Part shown: positions 40,101 through 55,100 of the stretch, piece after piece
Numbering within the stretch: the first letter of the stretch is position 1
Layout: every line of letters begins with the position of its first letter
From: Phoronis australis
Taxonomy: Eukaryota; Animalia; Phoronida
Assembly: GCA_002633005.1 (NCBI GenBank)
Contig: NMRA01000213.1
Span: forward strand, 103,892-167,891
Direction: 5' to 3'
Length of the DNA stretch: 64,000 nucleotides
Position numbers and translations under genes: made by a program
The notes under the pieces: model-generated
What the model was told of the DNA's origin: nothing
Seen by the model: the letters and a program-made list of their open reading frames with translations, nothing else
Database searches by the model: none

Positions 40101-43100
40101 ATAAAAGTGCCTTCCCCCCCCTCCCATACAGATTTTGCTGGAACAGCCCTAAATTGTTTTATTGAAGAATGCATAAATTTTTGAAGTAGCTGTTGATGAA
40201 GCAATTACATAATTATAGTAAGTGCACACTTTCTCATACGCGTCCATGTGCAGGCTTCATTTATACTGACCATGTAAGATTTTTTGCACAGGCTCTTGAA
40301 TCGGTAGTAGAGGGCGCCACGGATGCCGACGACGAAGAGGAAGAAGAACTGAACGCCCAGCTGGATGAGGAACGGGAACAGGCCCTTCAGTCGGCCATTA
40401 AAGAGGAAGAGAACTATCTCAAGGAGATAGAGAAAGAAGAGAGTCGAGAGATCGTCGTGGAAACGGAGAGCGAGGTTGAGAGTGAACTCATGGTGAGTTG
40501 ATTACCCAGGTGGTATGAAAATCCACCTGTGTTGAAGAGTAGTTTTGTATACTGTGGGTGTGGTTAAAGGGTCTTGAACTGAGGCACAGCAGACATTGTG
40601 TGGACAGAGAGCTATCTGCGACTCTTTTTTGATGTAATTGACATAACCGTGTGGATCTGTTCACAGTTGTACAAAATGTATCTTAGTTTTCAAAAAATAG
40701 TAAGTGTCTCATGGTCACCAGAAAATTAATCTAGTGTCGCGACAATTATTTTCAGCTAATTTTCGAGTGATTGCCATTGAATTTTTCACCTTCGTTGAGA
40801 CGTGGCATATGTGTTGCTCAATTGTCTGGTTTTGCCTGAGCATGAATCAGGTTCTCTGACATGAGAGTCCTAGGACATGTTTCTCAAGGAAACTATTTCG
40901 TTTTGTCTCGACTTTGGCCAAAAGTCTGAAATCTGACTATGGATAGCAAAAGGATGATTGTTGCCTTTTGTATTCTAGAATCATTTGTCTTCTGTCTAGT
41001 TGAGAAGGCTACAGATTTCTGTCTTTTGACTTCGAGTTGTAGAGAGATTTTCTTACTTTTACCCTGTTCTGTTTTCCTGAAACAGGCTAAGCCATCCGTA
41101 GACTGATTTTTAGCCAGCAGTCAAAGCGAAAAGCCAATAGTCACTTTGAGACACATGTCCTTGAGCTCAAATTGCTGAGTCGCACCGTCTCTTGGCATTT
41201 GAGCCACGTTTGCTAATATGTACTCTGTCACCTCTCTGTCTTAGGTGCAGCGAAGTGCAAATCAGGTAAAATTGTTGACGTCAATGCTTTTGTTGTTGTT
41301 GCATCGAGCTGATTTAGGCATTTTGCAACATAAGAAGCAAGGTGAATTTTGGTCCCACTTCTCTCAATGTCATGCTGCTAACCTGCCACTACACATTGTT
41401 AGGTTGCCTAGTAAGTTTTGCAAGGTCTCATGCTGGTTTTCCACTGCAAAGTTAAGTAAGCAATGATTGCAAATAAGTGTGGTCTACATGCCACCTGTTG
41501 GCCACATTACGTTACCTAATGAAATATAAGTCTGAAAAGGGTAGAAATCTTTTCATACTTATGTTGATTAGGTCACGTGATGTGGCCAACAGATGGCGTG
41601 CAGATCAAACTTAAAAATATTTGCTATCTTTATTTCCACACTGGTTCAAGATTTGCATATTCATATGTTATGCAATGATGTGAAGATTTGTCACACTGCG
41701 CTTGCTGAGTTGGAAACCCGCCCTTGGTTCGTTTCCATTGGCCCACTTCAGATGATAATCATAGTTTTATTAGTTTGATATTTGCTTCAAACATTTTTCG
41801 ATGGCAGGTGACTACTTTTAAAGGGCAAGAAACGCATTTTTGGGATCATTGTTGGGTTGGAGAGACTTATTGAACATATTAGCTTTGAGCAAAGCTACAA
41901 AACAACATACTATGTGTTTATTTGATTAATAACTGCCAATTCTCATCATTGATTGTCAGTCATTTGCTGAAGTCAAAGCTGGTGACTTCACTTAGTGAAT
42001 TACTCTTAAAGTACTCTTCTACTTGCCATTTGGGATTTAACTCCTCCATCTAAATGTCCAACTGCGAGCACATGGGTTCAATCCATCTGGGGACTGATAT
42101 CACCGATTGTGCCACTTTGCTATGAGGAGGTAAAAGTTAAGTAAATTGCTTGCTTTGAGGAGTTTCATCTGCTATCAACGGTGTCCTTAGAGTTGCTGTC
42201 ATCCTGTACGCGCATAAATTAAAACATGTTGCTGAAACTGGCTTAGCTCTTCTCTTGTTACAATAGTCGGCTTTAGGCTCTGCTTCACTGGAATTTTGTG
42301 GAAAAGGTGTTGGATCTCAGCTGTCAAAGTGTCAACATTTTAGCTAATTGCTTGTCAGGGAATTCAACTGCATTTTCGAATGAAATAGACGTTGCATTTT
42401 CCTGTATGTCATATGGAGTTTGTTTCATGAAAGGTGACTTTAAACAACAATTTGATCTTGCGCTCCCAATTCACAATTGCTGAAGTTAAGCCAAGTAGTT
42501 GAGCGTGAAATCTCACCACTTTCTTGAAATAATTTACAGAAATTATCTCAGTAACTAACAACTATGTGTATATTCTCAGGGACTCTGCATTTTTGATCCA
42601 GTGAGATTTAATTTTTTCAGTTGTGTGGAGCATAAGACCAAATTCTTGACTTCAAGTCTCTTTTCTGTTGAGTTATGCTGTCAAGCTGTTCATGTGTGTT
42701 GCCGATACATTGGAAGGATTTGAAATTTTGTTTGTTACCTCTTGAATTGTTTCTGAATACAGTATAAGCCATGAGTATTCAAACAAAATGACGCGAAATT
42801 CCCTGTCATGTCGGCTTGGTGGGAGTCGAATTCGTGGCCAGAGTAGTCCTCTCTCACTCAGAGTATTTACACAGAGAGCAGTGTTTCTTTTAATAACCAT
42901 ACCCTTCTGAATATACCATGCAAGGCGCTGAATTAATGCATTTTCATGAAATTCAGTAGATAGGTTTCTATTAAGGAGACGACAATGCCTTCCCATTTTT
43001 GGACAGACTTAATGTTTTTTGTGCCATCTGGTGGCCATTTAACAAATTTTTGCATGTTTTTGATGTCTGCCTCTCAATCTGCCAAACCATTCAAAGGATC

Positions 43101-46100
43101 ATTATGGAAGTTGATGGTTGCAATCCTTATGTGAAGACCCCGGCTGGCATCAGTTCTTGGACATTTTCAAGTATGCTGGCACCTCTTAGGGGCAGTTTTG
43201 CTCTTCTACGGCAGTATCTTCTTAAATCTTTGAAGGATCTTTGAAATTTGGCAGATGGCCTGCTGTAGAGATGACAACAGATGATGATGATTTTCAGACC
43301 AATCGAACTATAGCTGTGCCCCCTGGTGTCAAAACATTTTTGCGTTTGCCTCTATATCTTATGAGTTCTTAGGCTTACTTTCAAGAAATTTAGCAAATAG
43401 TTGTTTATTACAGAGACAGTGTCACCTTCCCAGTTCAGACAGGTTTTTCGAATTCTGCACCATCTAATGGCCATTGTTATGACACTAAAAACACCCATAG
43501 AAGCACACCGTTTGCGGTGCTGTCGGGGGGAGGGGCATTTCAATGCTTCGCGTTGCTCTTGTTGATGTTAACAGAATTAGCCATCATGACAGGAAAGTTG
43601 TATTTTGTTTGATTACTTTTGACTAGCACTGTATTATTAGCATGACTGTCATGTCAGGATTATGTTTTTGAGCATGGTAAAATCTCACCAATTTCAGACA
43701 AAAGTACTTGACAAAATTGATCGTTTTTCATTTTTCGAAATGTTTTAACATTGTTGTAAATGCCCGCAATTCCTCAAAACATTGTCTCTTGGCAGATATG
43801 GTTTAAAACTTAAATGTTATGAAGCGTCCATATGGCTAAGGCTAAATCCTATGAAAAACAGGGTCATCATAAAAAAAATAAAATTTCAATTTTCTACCAT
43901 GTCGTGTCCAAAACTAGTGAGATTTTCCTTAGTTCGTTGGTGTTGCACTGCATGATGTTTTTTCAAAAAACCTCCACCTGCCTGTTAGAACCTGTCCAGT
44001 ACTTTGCATTTCAGGGGTTTAACCCATGGGTCATATTTCATTGTTCCCCCGTGCCACGTCGTGGAATACCTGGAAGCCGTGAAAAATGGCAAAAATATTT
44101 CCCAGGCATAGAAAAGTCATGGGTCATGATAAAAGGGTAACAATATTTGGAAAAGTGAAAAGTTCATGACATCTGCAAATATTCAGAACTGTAATTTGTT
44201 TCACGTTAAATGGCGAGTTGGTGCAAAAGCCGTCAGTATGCTTTTCTCTGTCATTTTAGTGGGAAAATATCTCGTTGAGAGCCAAAGTTATATCCTGGAA
44301 AGCTTATGAAAGTGAAAACAAAGTATGAATGAGAACCACTGATGAATGTGTGCGTTTACAGTGATGCAATTTCTTTAGAATCGTTGCCAATCATGTTCAC
44401 GTGTTTGTTGAAATAATGTTCCTGTTGGTTAGTCGCCAGGTGGAATATTCTCTTTTCTTTCTGCAGTTGACGACTAGTTCTCTTGGCTCGCTTGAGTTCT
44501 CGCAGAGCAAGCTCGACTGGGACTCCATGTTGGCCAAGTACGAAGCGGAGTCAGAGTTCCGTCGCACGCACTCGTGGGGCGATCTCGTCGACGAGGCAGA
44601 GACGGAGCAGGAGCGACAGCCAGGCCACGCTGTGCACATGCACGAGAAACTCTCATCGCCCTCACGTAAACGGTAAGTGTTGTTTCCTAGAAACGAACAT
44701 TGACGCTTTATATAGATGATGTTGCCTTTGTTTCTGTCAATGCCTTTTATTCCATTCTCAACACCATTTTTGGAGACAAGTGTGTTTAAAGTTACATTGT
44801 GCATAAAACTTGCTTGAATTCTTTGTTTTTTAATGTTGTTTTATTCACTATGGTTTTATGTAGATCAGAAGACACATGTTCTCGTCTGAAATAAAGCAAC
44901 TTAGTTTCAGTTGTGTAATATCTAATTGGTTATATTTTGTCATATTCAGCCGTTTCATTTTTATCTTAGTTCAAAATTGTGCATATTTGGACCTCCAAAA
45001 GGTGCATTCCAGGTAGTGTCGGAAACAAAGACATTATTGTGTTTTAAATGACGAAAACTTTGCAGAATGACGTAGCTTAGGGGAGTTGTGGCGATCCCAA
45101 TATATTCAGTTATTAACTGTTGCCTTTGTAGTTCTCTCACTGAGTCTAAGAAACGTCATGAAGAGAAGCAGGCAAAGGCCCAGGAGCTGAGAGAAAAACT
45201 GAATCAAGACAAGTCGGAAAGACTCCGAGATCTGTCGAGGAAGGTTAGTTTTAAAAATATTGTTGAATATTTCAGTTTTTATGTCTTTAAAATTTTCTTT
45301 TGTGGAATCTTGAAGGTGGTAGTCGTAGTGGAATGGGCTTTAAAGAGAAATTGGCTTCTAACGCTTCTTTTGTCATCGGTTTTCACTGATTAATGAAGCC
45401 TGTGCTCTTGCATAGGTTCATTATTGTGGCAAAATATGCACCACAACTTTTCCGTTCAAATATCAAAACCTTTTGAATGACTGTTGATCTGATCTGGTGA
45501 CTTCTTTGCAAAGTCAAGGTGTATGCATAAACAAATTTTATGCATACTATGACGGGTCATATGGGAGTTTGAGTAACAGTTTGTATCGGTGTTAGGATCA
45601 ATGATAAGTGACTCCTACAGATGTAAACAATTTCACCAATATCTTTCTCCAGCAGGATAGAGGTCAGCAGTAGGTGCTCATCTCAGTAAGGGTCAATTAA
45701 GGCTCTGATGATGTCCTCGTCCGTATCGTTTTACTCACGATTTTCTTTTTTTTTCAAAGGTTGAAGAGGTCCGAGCACTTAAGGATGAACTTTTGAACGA
45801 GAAGCGCGTTGTGATGGAGCGCAGGTTGATGCGGGCTGAAGAGAAGCGCCGCCTAGCATTGAAGAATAAAGTTAAGAAAGCCCATGAGGAAGAAACTAAG
45901 GTTTGTAACGATATACTACACCAGATGTCATTGTGAAACAAATTCAGGGTGGTTTTCTCAAATTCATCCAACTTTTGTGACAAAAAATGAAACACTATGG
46001 TTGTCAAAAATACCGGTTGAAACATATTTTGGCAAAAAAGTTTTAGTACTCTCACATATGTGCATTATTGTAATGAATATTTTGCCATTTGTGAAAATCT

Positions 46101-49100
46101 AGCTAATAAAATTGTGCTACACCTGCTCACAGTACCAAGAATTAAGGTGGTACATAAAACTCATATTTTTAGCTCTGTGTATCCCTTCTATATCGCTGTA
46201 CGTTGTGTATTGGAGTTTCTTTTTCTCTATCATTTTTTTGGCTCATGTTTTCTACATCCTTCATCAGGTGAAACTATTACAAAATGGCACTGTGGGCCTA
46301 TGACTATATTATCCTAAAAATTATTACAGGCCAATGAGATTGCATTCATCAACACACTGGAGGCACAGAACAAGCGACATGACATTCTGTCTAAACACAA
46401 AGGCATTGAGACGAGATTACATGATCTTCAGGAGGAAAGACAGAGGAAGATGGATGAAAAGGCAGCCAAGGAGGCGGCTGTGGAGGCAAGCTTTGTTGAA
46501 TCTTGTAACAATAATGAGAATACTTTGAGCAAAGAATGGAGGAGACCCCAAAAAAGGAACCCGTAGAGTTTTAACTATTAATGCTAGACCAATGCAATTA
46601 TTTTTCAAAATTTGGTAAATTTCGTCTATGGATGATTTTTCCATGAAGTTTTTAAGCATGCGAGTATTCAAGTTTGTGTGGAAATATTTCAACATAATCA
46701 GAATTGGGAGTTTTATACAAAATGTTGTTCTTTAAATTTGTTTCTTTCCAGAAACTTGTTTTGCAGCAAATCAAATATGTAAAAGAATTAAATAGGCCAG
46801 GAGTACAAAAATAACATCTGAAATATTTCATACTTAGTGATCAACAGGTTCTCAGTCATGAAGATGAACGGTTAAGAAAGAATGACACTGAAGTATTTAT
46901 CTCCTGAACAGGCATACTTGCCATCTTGTAAATGCAACTTGTTTTGATTTCATAGGAAAGGCGGAAAGCTTTGGAGGCTGAGCGGACGGCTCGTCTTCAG
47001 GAAATGCAAGAGAAACGGAAACTACGAGAGGAGAAGATAGAGCAGCAGCAGTTAGAGAAGGAGAAGGAGAGGTTANTTTTAACTATTAATGCTAGACCAA
47101 TGCAATTATTTTTCAAAATTTGGTAAATTTCGTCTATGGATGATTTTTCCATGAAGTTTTTAAGCATGCGAGTATTCAAGTTTGTGTGGAAATATTTCAA
47201 CATAATCAGAATTGGGAGTTTTATACAAAATGTTGTTCTTTAAATTTGTTTCTTTCCAGAAACTTGTTTTGCAGCAAATCAAATATGTAAAAGAATTAAA
47301 TAGGCCAGGAGTACAAAAATAACATCTGAAATATTTCATACTTAGTGATCAACAGGTTCTCAGTCATGAAGATGAACGGTTAAGAAAGAGTGACACTGAA
47401 GTATTTATCTCCTGAACAGGCATACTTGCCATCTTGTAAATGCAACTTGTTTTGATTTCATAGGAAAGGCGGAAAGCTTTGGAGGCTGAGCGGACGGCTC
47501 GTCTTCAGGAGATGCAAGAGAAACGGAAACTACGAGAGGAGAAGATAGAGCAGCAGCAGTTAGAGAAAGAGAAGGAGAGGTTAGAGATGGCGAGAGCAAA
47601 GGAAAAGGAAAGAGAGGAGAGGATAGCAGCTTTGAATGCACAGCAACAAGCTCATATAGAGGAGCTTCAGAAGAAGATACAGCAGAAGGTGAGTAATGGG
47701 GAGAAGGGTGTGGAGGAGGTCTATGGAATAAAGTGTGGGAAGGGATCTAAAGAGGTAAGGGGAGCTTGGTGAATAGTCTGTGTTGAAAGGAACGCGGTGA
47801 TATTTTCATTACCCATGAAGTATTGCCCAAGATCATCTTTTCCAAAATACTGATACATTTTCATATCAAAGTCTTATAAGTTTTTCTGTTGTTGTTTTCA
47901 ATAAATTTGACCAGTTTTCTACCCGCGGAGATAAGAGTTGAGCCAGTGTTTCCGTCTTCCAGCAAACTGCCACCCAACGTCGTCACAATGAGAATCTCGA
48001 TAACATCAGGATGAAAGCGTTTGAGATGAGTGTGCTAAAGCACTCCACTGAGGACCACAATGACGTGCCCCGACTGGCCCCTTATGACAAGAAAAAGCAC
48101 TGTAGTGTTTGCAATGTATTGGTGAGTATTGTTGTAAGACAGTCTGGCAAAGTGTTCTTTTTTTCTTTGATTTGAATATGGTGCAAGTTGGTCTTAAATT
48201 TAGATCTACTGTAGCTTTCAAAATAAACTGGAAAATGTTAAATCTTGGGGAAACTTTAAATGTAAAAAACCTCAAATAAATATCCATTTCTTTTCGAGTG
48301 GAGCCGATTTCAATTCCAGCCCTGCTAAACTTCAGCAAAATCTTGACAGGTGTTGCTCCACACATTGTTGAAATTGCATCAAATTTCCATGCGAGTTCAT
48401 AGACAAAAAGAATTCTCAGCTGGTCACAATTCAATCTTATTAAGCTCATACTTAGTTTCGACAAAATTTTATTTTTTAACAAAAGTTCTACTAAACTGAT
48501 AAATATTGTTTGGAAAGAAATTTGGCATGGGTTGCCTGGGTTAATTGTCTATTCTATCTACTTTGTTTTGGAAAGTACTGTCGTGCTGAAAGGAGGTTGA
48601 TTTTGAAAAGATCCTCACTGATTGAATGTAAGTGTGGAGGCTTAAGAGACTCATCAGTTTACAATTTCATGTAAAGTAACAGTGACTAAGAAACCCATAG
48701 TAGTGAAATTGCCCTGGAGTGATGTGTGAGATATTTGTTTTAAATTAACAGTTTTCTATCAATGTTGAAAGGTTTTCACAGGTTTTTTGAATGAGAATAC
48801 TCATCTTTTTTGAACTGTCTGTGTGATGTTTGAGCCAGGTCGTGCTTTCCATAATTTCAAATTTCCTTTTGGTTATCTAGAAACATGGATATTTGCTCTT
48901 GACAGTACCTGAAGTGTGATATAAAATTTCCGCGGCAAATTTCTTTCTTACCGTGGCGTTGCTGACGACTTTCACCTCGAAAAGCGGAAGTTGCTCTTTA
49001 TGTTTTGGAGGAAAAATTGTCAACATTGGTGGGGCATCTGAGATAGCGTGCTGGATTTCCTCAATGGCGGCTCGTGTGATTGTAAGCCGCAGTGCCAAAT

Positions 49101-52100
49101 ACTACGGCTCTGCAGCCAAAAATGTGTGGAGGTGGGAGTGGCGGACGAGCTAAAAAGACGCAGACGCACGCTTGTGGAGGTGGTACCGTTTTTTTTTAGT
49201 CCTCTCGATTTTTGTCGGCAAAAGGTCCACACCGACTATTTCAAGGCTGGTTGCGCGCATGTTTTGGGCCGTAAACATTTCCGCGTTTTTTGTCATTGGT
49301 CATTCCAAGCCCTGAAGAGTGTAGGAGGGGATCTGAAGAGGTATTTTGAAAATAAAAAGTGTAAGCATGTGTAGTGAGGATTGTGCGTGCATTGTGTTTC
49401 TAAAACTTTGCCTTCGGGATTACCTGGTGCTTTTGTTCATGTTGTAGATCCCATCCGAGGTGTACTTACTGAGTCACTTGAGAGGAAAGAAACACCAGGA
49501 GTCATTGCAGCAACACAGCGGCAATGCACCGTCAAAACAGGACATTGTAAGTTTTTGCACGGTATTGTACAACATTTTTCCACAAAAAAATGGCTAAATC
49601 CCTTCTGATCAAAAAAGTAAAGAAATGGTGGCAGGAGGCATATATAATGTGCTTGTTTTTTGAGAACCAGTTTGATGCTTGTATTTCAGTGAGGAAAACT
49701 GGTTCTCAAAATACGGGCACATTATAGGATCAGTACCAAAATGTTGAAGGAAAAATTTTTCTCCAGCCTCTAGGATCTTTTTGTATTGTGATGACAGATG
49801 AGACATTTTGTATTTTTTTCAATTTAGAACTAGTATAATCATCCATAACTTGACCTTTGACCCAAACTGTCCTGTGTTGACCAACAGGAGGCGTTCAATC
49901 TCAAGCACATCAAAGATGCACCGTCCAACTCTCCAGATCCTCAAGAGGTCTCTGAGCGGGAACGGCACAAGGCCATGAAGAAACGGTGCAAGAAACTACG
50001 GCAACGAATGATGGCGCGTGGGGCTGAGTACGACAATGTTATGTCTCAGCGACAGGAAATACCTCAGTCTCAGCATAAAGTCAAGTAAGTTTCCTTCTCC
50101 CTTCTTCTCTCTTCTGTATGTCTTTAGTTTGTCTGTTTCATTTTAATGTTTATTTTTTGTAGAAAACGTTCATTGGGTGTATTATTGTTGCGTAAGAGAC
50201 ATGGACTTTTTCTGTACCTGATTGACGTATTATCCGTTATTTGAAAGAGCCGTACTCTTAAGGACCATTCCCAAAATGTTTTGGCTCATCCCCACCCACT
50301 CCTGAAAATTCCATGATCATCTGTGTAGAATGTTTTGTGTTAAACTTCTTTGAGACATGCTTACAACATTTTGAACATTTTTCTTTAGGGCAAAGGGTTT
50401 GTTAATTTGTTTGTGAAGAACAAAGTTGCACATTTTTGGATCTATAAAACAAGTTTCAATATGTCTTTAACACTCTTAATGTTTATTGAATGCTTGATTT
50501 GTTTTCAGACTTCAAAAAATTGTAAAAGACGTCAGCAAATTTCTGCAGACCAGAGACAAGGGACCGTGGCCACAAAACAAAATCTCCTCACTGGATCGAG
50601 GTCTCAACGAGACAAGAATTATTTTAGAAAGAAAGGTAACGTTTAATACAATCCGCTCTTTGTAATTTTACACCCTCTTTTTGTACAAAGCTTACATGAC
50701 TCCATGTTTGTAAAATAGGTTTTAAGCAACGTACAGTTTGCCTGTTTTAGCCTGAAATTCATTTCCGTGATTTTTTGTTATTTTGTGCTCGCAGTTCTAA
50801 TTTTGCACATTTACTGTGAACTGAATGAACCACACTAATAGCCATTTTCCGATAACGAGATGACAGGTTGAAATTTGCCCTGTCAGTAGATGGCGATAGA
50901 GTATTTTGTGTTTAAATGTGCGTCGCATCATCACCTACAGCGTAGATGTAACTTGGATGGAAATTTTAAAGCTGTTGAATTTCACAGCATTTTTTAATTC
51001 ATTGCCCCAGATATCACCGTCCTTTAAACAACATTGATGTGCATTGGTGTTTCTTTTTCACTCGCGTAAAAAGTCCAGCTTAATTAAATAAAAAGAAATA
51101 TTACATTTCACTGGCCATCTTGACCATCAAAATTTAAAAATCTCAAGTGTTTTACGTCGGATGTTTTCTATTGCATAATAAAGAACATTGAATAATGGAA
51201 ACTATTCATTATGGCATGTTGAGGCAAGATTTATGCATAACCGGTCCATGCCCCAATCTTTTCCGACCCATAGATTATTATGTCGTCACCCAAACAGATT
51301 ACTCAGGGCATGGGTTAGTTAAAAATAATGCTTTTAAAGCCATCTCTTTTAACGGGATTGGTGATGCCTTCCAAAAGTGGACTGCTTCGTGTCAAAGGCA
51401 GATGGTATCTCTATTAATTTTGCTTACAGAAACCAGTTACTATCATGGCTTTAGACTAATTTTTCACTCAGCCTGTTTCATGCTTTTCTTGTAAAGATGT
51501 TTGTGAGAAAATCTACTGTAAGAACAAAAATATTATTTTGTATTGAGCATTATTTGTTCTACGTGACTCATTTTGAAGTCTGACTCTATTGTTTAAAGAA
51601 AAAGGATCTTGTCCTTTTTCAGCTGGCATCAAGTGATGCTGAAAAAGATAAGATCGAAACCCATTTCAACTGGCATCGTGTGACTATTTCTTTTTCGAAA
51701 ATAAGGAATCCTATACTCTTGTCCTTAATTATCTAAACGGGGCAAATAAAAATAATCTCATTTTGTCATTGATTGACACTTGCCACTGTTCCCTTCAGGT
51801 GCCTGTCGACCAAGTTTCATTTCGTATCTGCGGTGGACTCAACAGTCTGCTGCAACTGCTGAATCTCATCATGGACTCCACCTCCAGTCTGCCACCTGTG
51901 GTGCCACCTAGGTGAGAATTAAGTCAGCTGTTGTGTAAACACAAACCTGGCTGAAGTGTTGGGATTTTGTTCTTGCTGATGTGAAATATCTGTTCTGTCT
52001 GCCAGATGTAGAACTTGAAGACAGAATTGATATTTTACAAGACATTCTTTTCTGTGAAATATTATTTCCGTTCTAAGCCAGATGTATCACTCGAGCTAAA

Positions 52101-55100
52101 TGATATTTCACAGAAATGACAGGGAAATATCATTTGTATCCTTGAGCCTTAAGTCTTGCCTAATTTAAAAGCATAGCAGTTGCACATTCAGTTGTCTGAC
52201 CGAAAGATTGTAAAGTGCTAACACTTTTGTATATCTTAGCAGCCAGGATTAACGCAGAGTCTTTTCATTGGGTTTAGCTCAACATTTTGTTTCTCAATTT
52301 GAAATTTTGGTAAGGTTTGACGTTTCTCATTTTTAGTTGCTATTTATTGTTGAAAATGGCCGCACTCTGCGGTGTGTTGTAGGTCCCTGTGCAGTGTGTG
52401 TCACGTGTTCCGTCTGGGCTGCCGTGCCTGCTACGATAACTGCCACTACCTGCTGTTCAGTAACAAGATCAGCTCATTGGTCGATGTGCTACACCATCAG
52501 TTATGTGTAAGTTTTGATGAATCTGTAGGCTCTCGTCAATTTTTGGTGTCGTAGCTCAAAAAAATTTTTTGTAGATAGTAACCTGGACATTGCATTTTTA
52601 TGTTGTCTGTGGAGTGGATTTTGTACTTTTTACACACGTGCATTATGTTATGCTCTGTTCGGGTATTATAACCATTACCTTCGGACATCCTGTTTCGCAC
52701 AATGGCAAGTGTCAAATGTTTTACTTTAATTTTGGACCGGTCACGAAAATATAAGTTGTGTAAAAATGCATGAAAACTTGAATGTTTACTATGGTTGTGC
52801 TGTGGTCAGAATGAATATATGATATATATGACACGACCTGTAACATCAAAATTGTTGATGTTTCATTTTCACAGTAAACTCTTTCTCTTTCCCTAATATT
52901 TTTAGATTTAAACTTTTCCTTAGGCACAGGTAGGTACTGACAAAGGTCATAGGTTTGATAGACTGCTGCATCAAAATTTGTTTTCCTTTTTTATTCCAGT
53001 TATTTATCCCTGATGACATGGAGCCCCGCCCCCAGAGTGTTCTCAATGCCAGTCTCAACCAATCAATGTCTAGCAGTCGACCTGTCAGCGCCCTCGGTGT
53101 TAGCCCTGCTGTGTGCTTGCCTTCTGACCCTGTGGCAACCTCTCTTATACAGGTCGTTGCCACGACGCTGTCCTGTCTCAGTCGAAGTAACCCGGCTGGC
53201 AGCCCAGTTACAGAGAAGACCTTGTCTGCTGGTGACTCATTCCTCACTCGTGCCAATGATATTGTTAGGTATAGTTTTTGCTGTTCAACAGTTACCTGAT
53301 GCTATATGTTGTGACAGCCATTAACAAAGAATCTTCATGTTAGAAAACATTACTTTTCAAAATGAACTGGATGATGCTAAAATTTAGCAAATTCATGACA
53401 CACAAAACTTTGGCTGCATATCCATTTCTGCAAGAACCCTTTTCAATTCTGGTTAAATCTTGACAAAATACCAACCGGTGTTGCTCGAAATTGTGACAAT
53501 CTCACTTGCGACTTTATTCGTAGTTAGGGTCTAGGCCCTATAACGTAACTGCAAAACTGGCTGAAGTTCAACATACTGTTTTGTTTGGCAGAGTTGTGCA
53601 ATGTTCTGTCGAAGTCTGTCTAATTCATTTTGAAAGCTACTGCTGTTGAGATCCTTTTCCAATTTCAACTGAGAAATCTGTTTAAGCAAACATAAAATTC
53701 CTTTTTTTTCCGCTTTGGCGTAAATTGTCAAATTCCATTTTACTATAATTTCAGAGTGATGAATCACTGAAAAATAATCTGGCAATCGTCTTATTTTTTC
53801 TACTGAATCATGCTTCAGCTCCCTGTGCCGAAAAAAATTATGCGGATGAATGGAAACATAAAAATGCATTGGTTATCGCAATGGGTATATGCATCGCTCG
53901 TTATGCATTATGTACTTTCAGAAACGAGGCTCAGTAACATTGGTCTATGAGTATTTGTAGTAGGCTAATGAGCTCTGCAAATATAAAAAATGGCTGAATG
54001 TAATTATTTTTATGTGAGAAATAACTAAATAAGTGCTGTGCCATTTATCGCCTGCTATAGTGGCCGCACATGTTAATATGCAAGGTTGCCTTGTTTATTA
54101 TTCCTGCCAACGTACAGTGCAGGTAACAGTCACTTAAAGGGTCCAGGAGTTGGAACCAGTTTGATGCCTGTTATTCAGTGCAGAAAACTGGTTCTCAATG
54201 CAGAACCTGTGTTGGTAACTACTACCTATTGCTAGCACGTAATTTTTTTTTCCAGTTACCTTATTAGTGTCGGAGTCGTTGACAAGATTAGCCAGTACTT
54301 TAACGGCGTCCGCGGGCCCATTAACGACGACCACCAGGTGGCAGAGTTTCTGCAGCACAGCATGGGGCTGTTGGTTGCCATGACGAGGCTGGTGTATAGG
54401 AAGTAAGTGTGCTTGATACCGAGATGTGATTGGCTGATCTGTCGGGTGTTGCGGTTTAAAAAAAATAATTGCAGGCGGTCTGATACACATTGTACCAGAC
54501 GTGCGCAGGCCTCGCATGTGGGCCCATTGCACTGATCACCTGGAAATATTTTTATGCTTTATTAATATATCGTTAAAACCGAGCTGAGGAGCTAGAAACC
54601 TGACTCAAGGGTTTAGCAGTGTTACCTGGTGGGACTCGAACCCACGACCTCGAGTAAAGAAAGCGGGCACTTAGTCATCCAGGCCACACTGCCTCCTCAA
54701 GGTGTTGCGGTTTAGTCAAAATTGGCTTTGCGGTCCTTGTTCATAAATGTTTTCCAATTACCGTATCAAATGGCTTAGTGTATGAGACATTTCACTTCTT
54801 GAAAAATAGCGCAATGCTCTTGTCTATCGGTTTATTGTTTGGATTCCTTGAATGATACTGTGCTTCACCTCATTAGCCTGATTATAACAAGCCTGTTAAA
54901 TCAACTTATTAAAGGATCACGTCATTTTTACTAACGCAAAACGCATCTTCAAATTATTGCTGAATGACTTTTTGAGCTCTGACCACAAATCGCCAGTTCT
55001 CGCCATTGTCTGCTAGACATACACTGAAATCAAGCCTTTTGACTTTACTAGTCAAGTGAAATCATGGAAATTTTGAGACATTCACTATACTAGTCAAGTA

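Noticed and set aside
46956-47075. Extra SCAPER coiled-coil exon
   Set aside because: It is truncated at a single N, lacks a donor and is part of a 507-bp overlap duplication; an assembly artefact.
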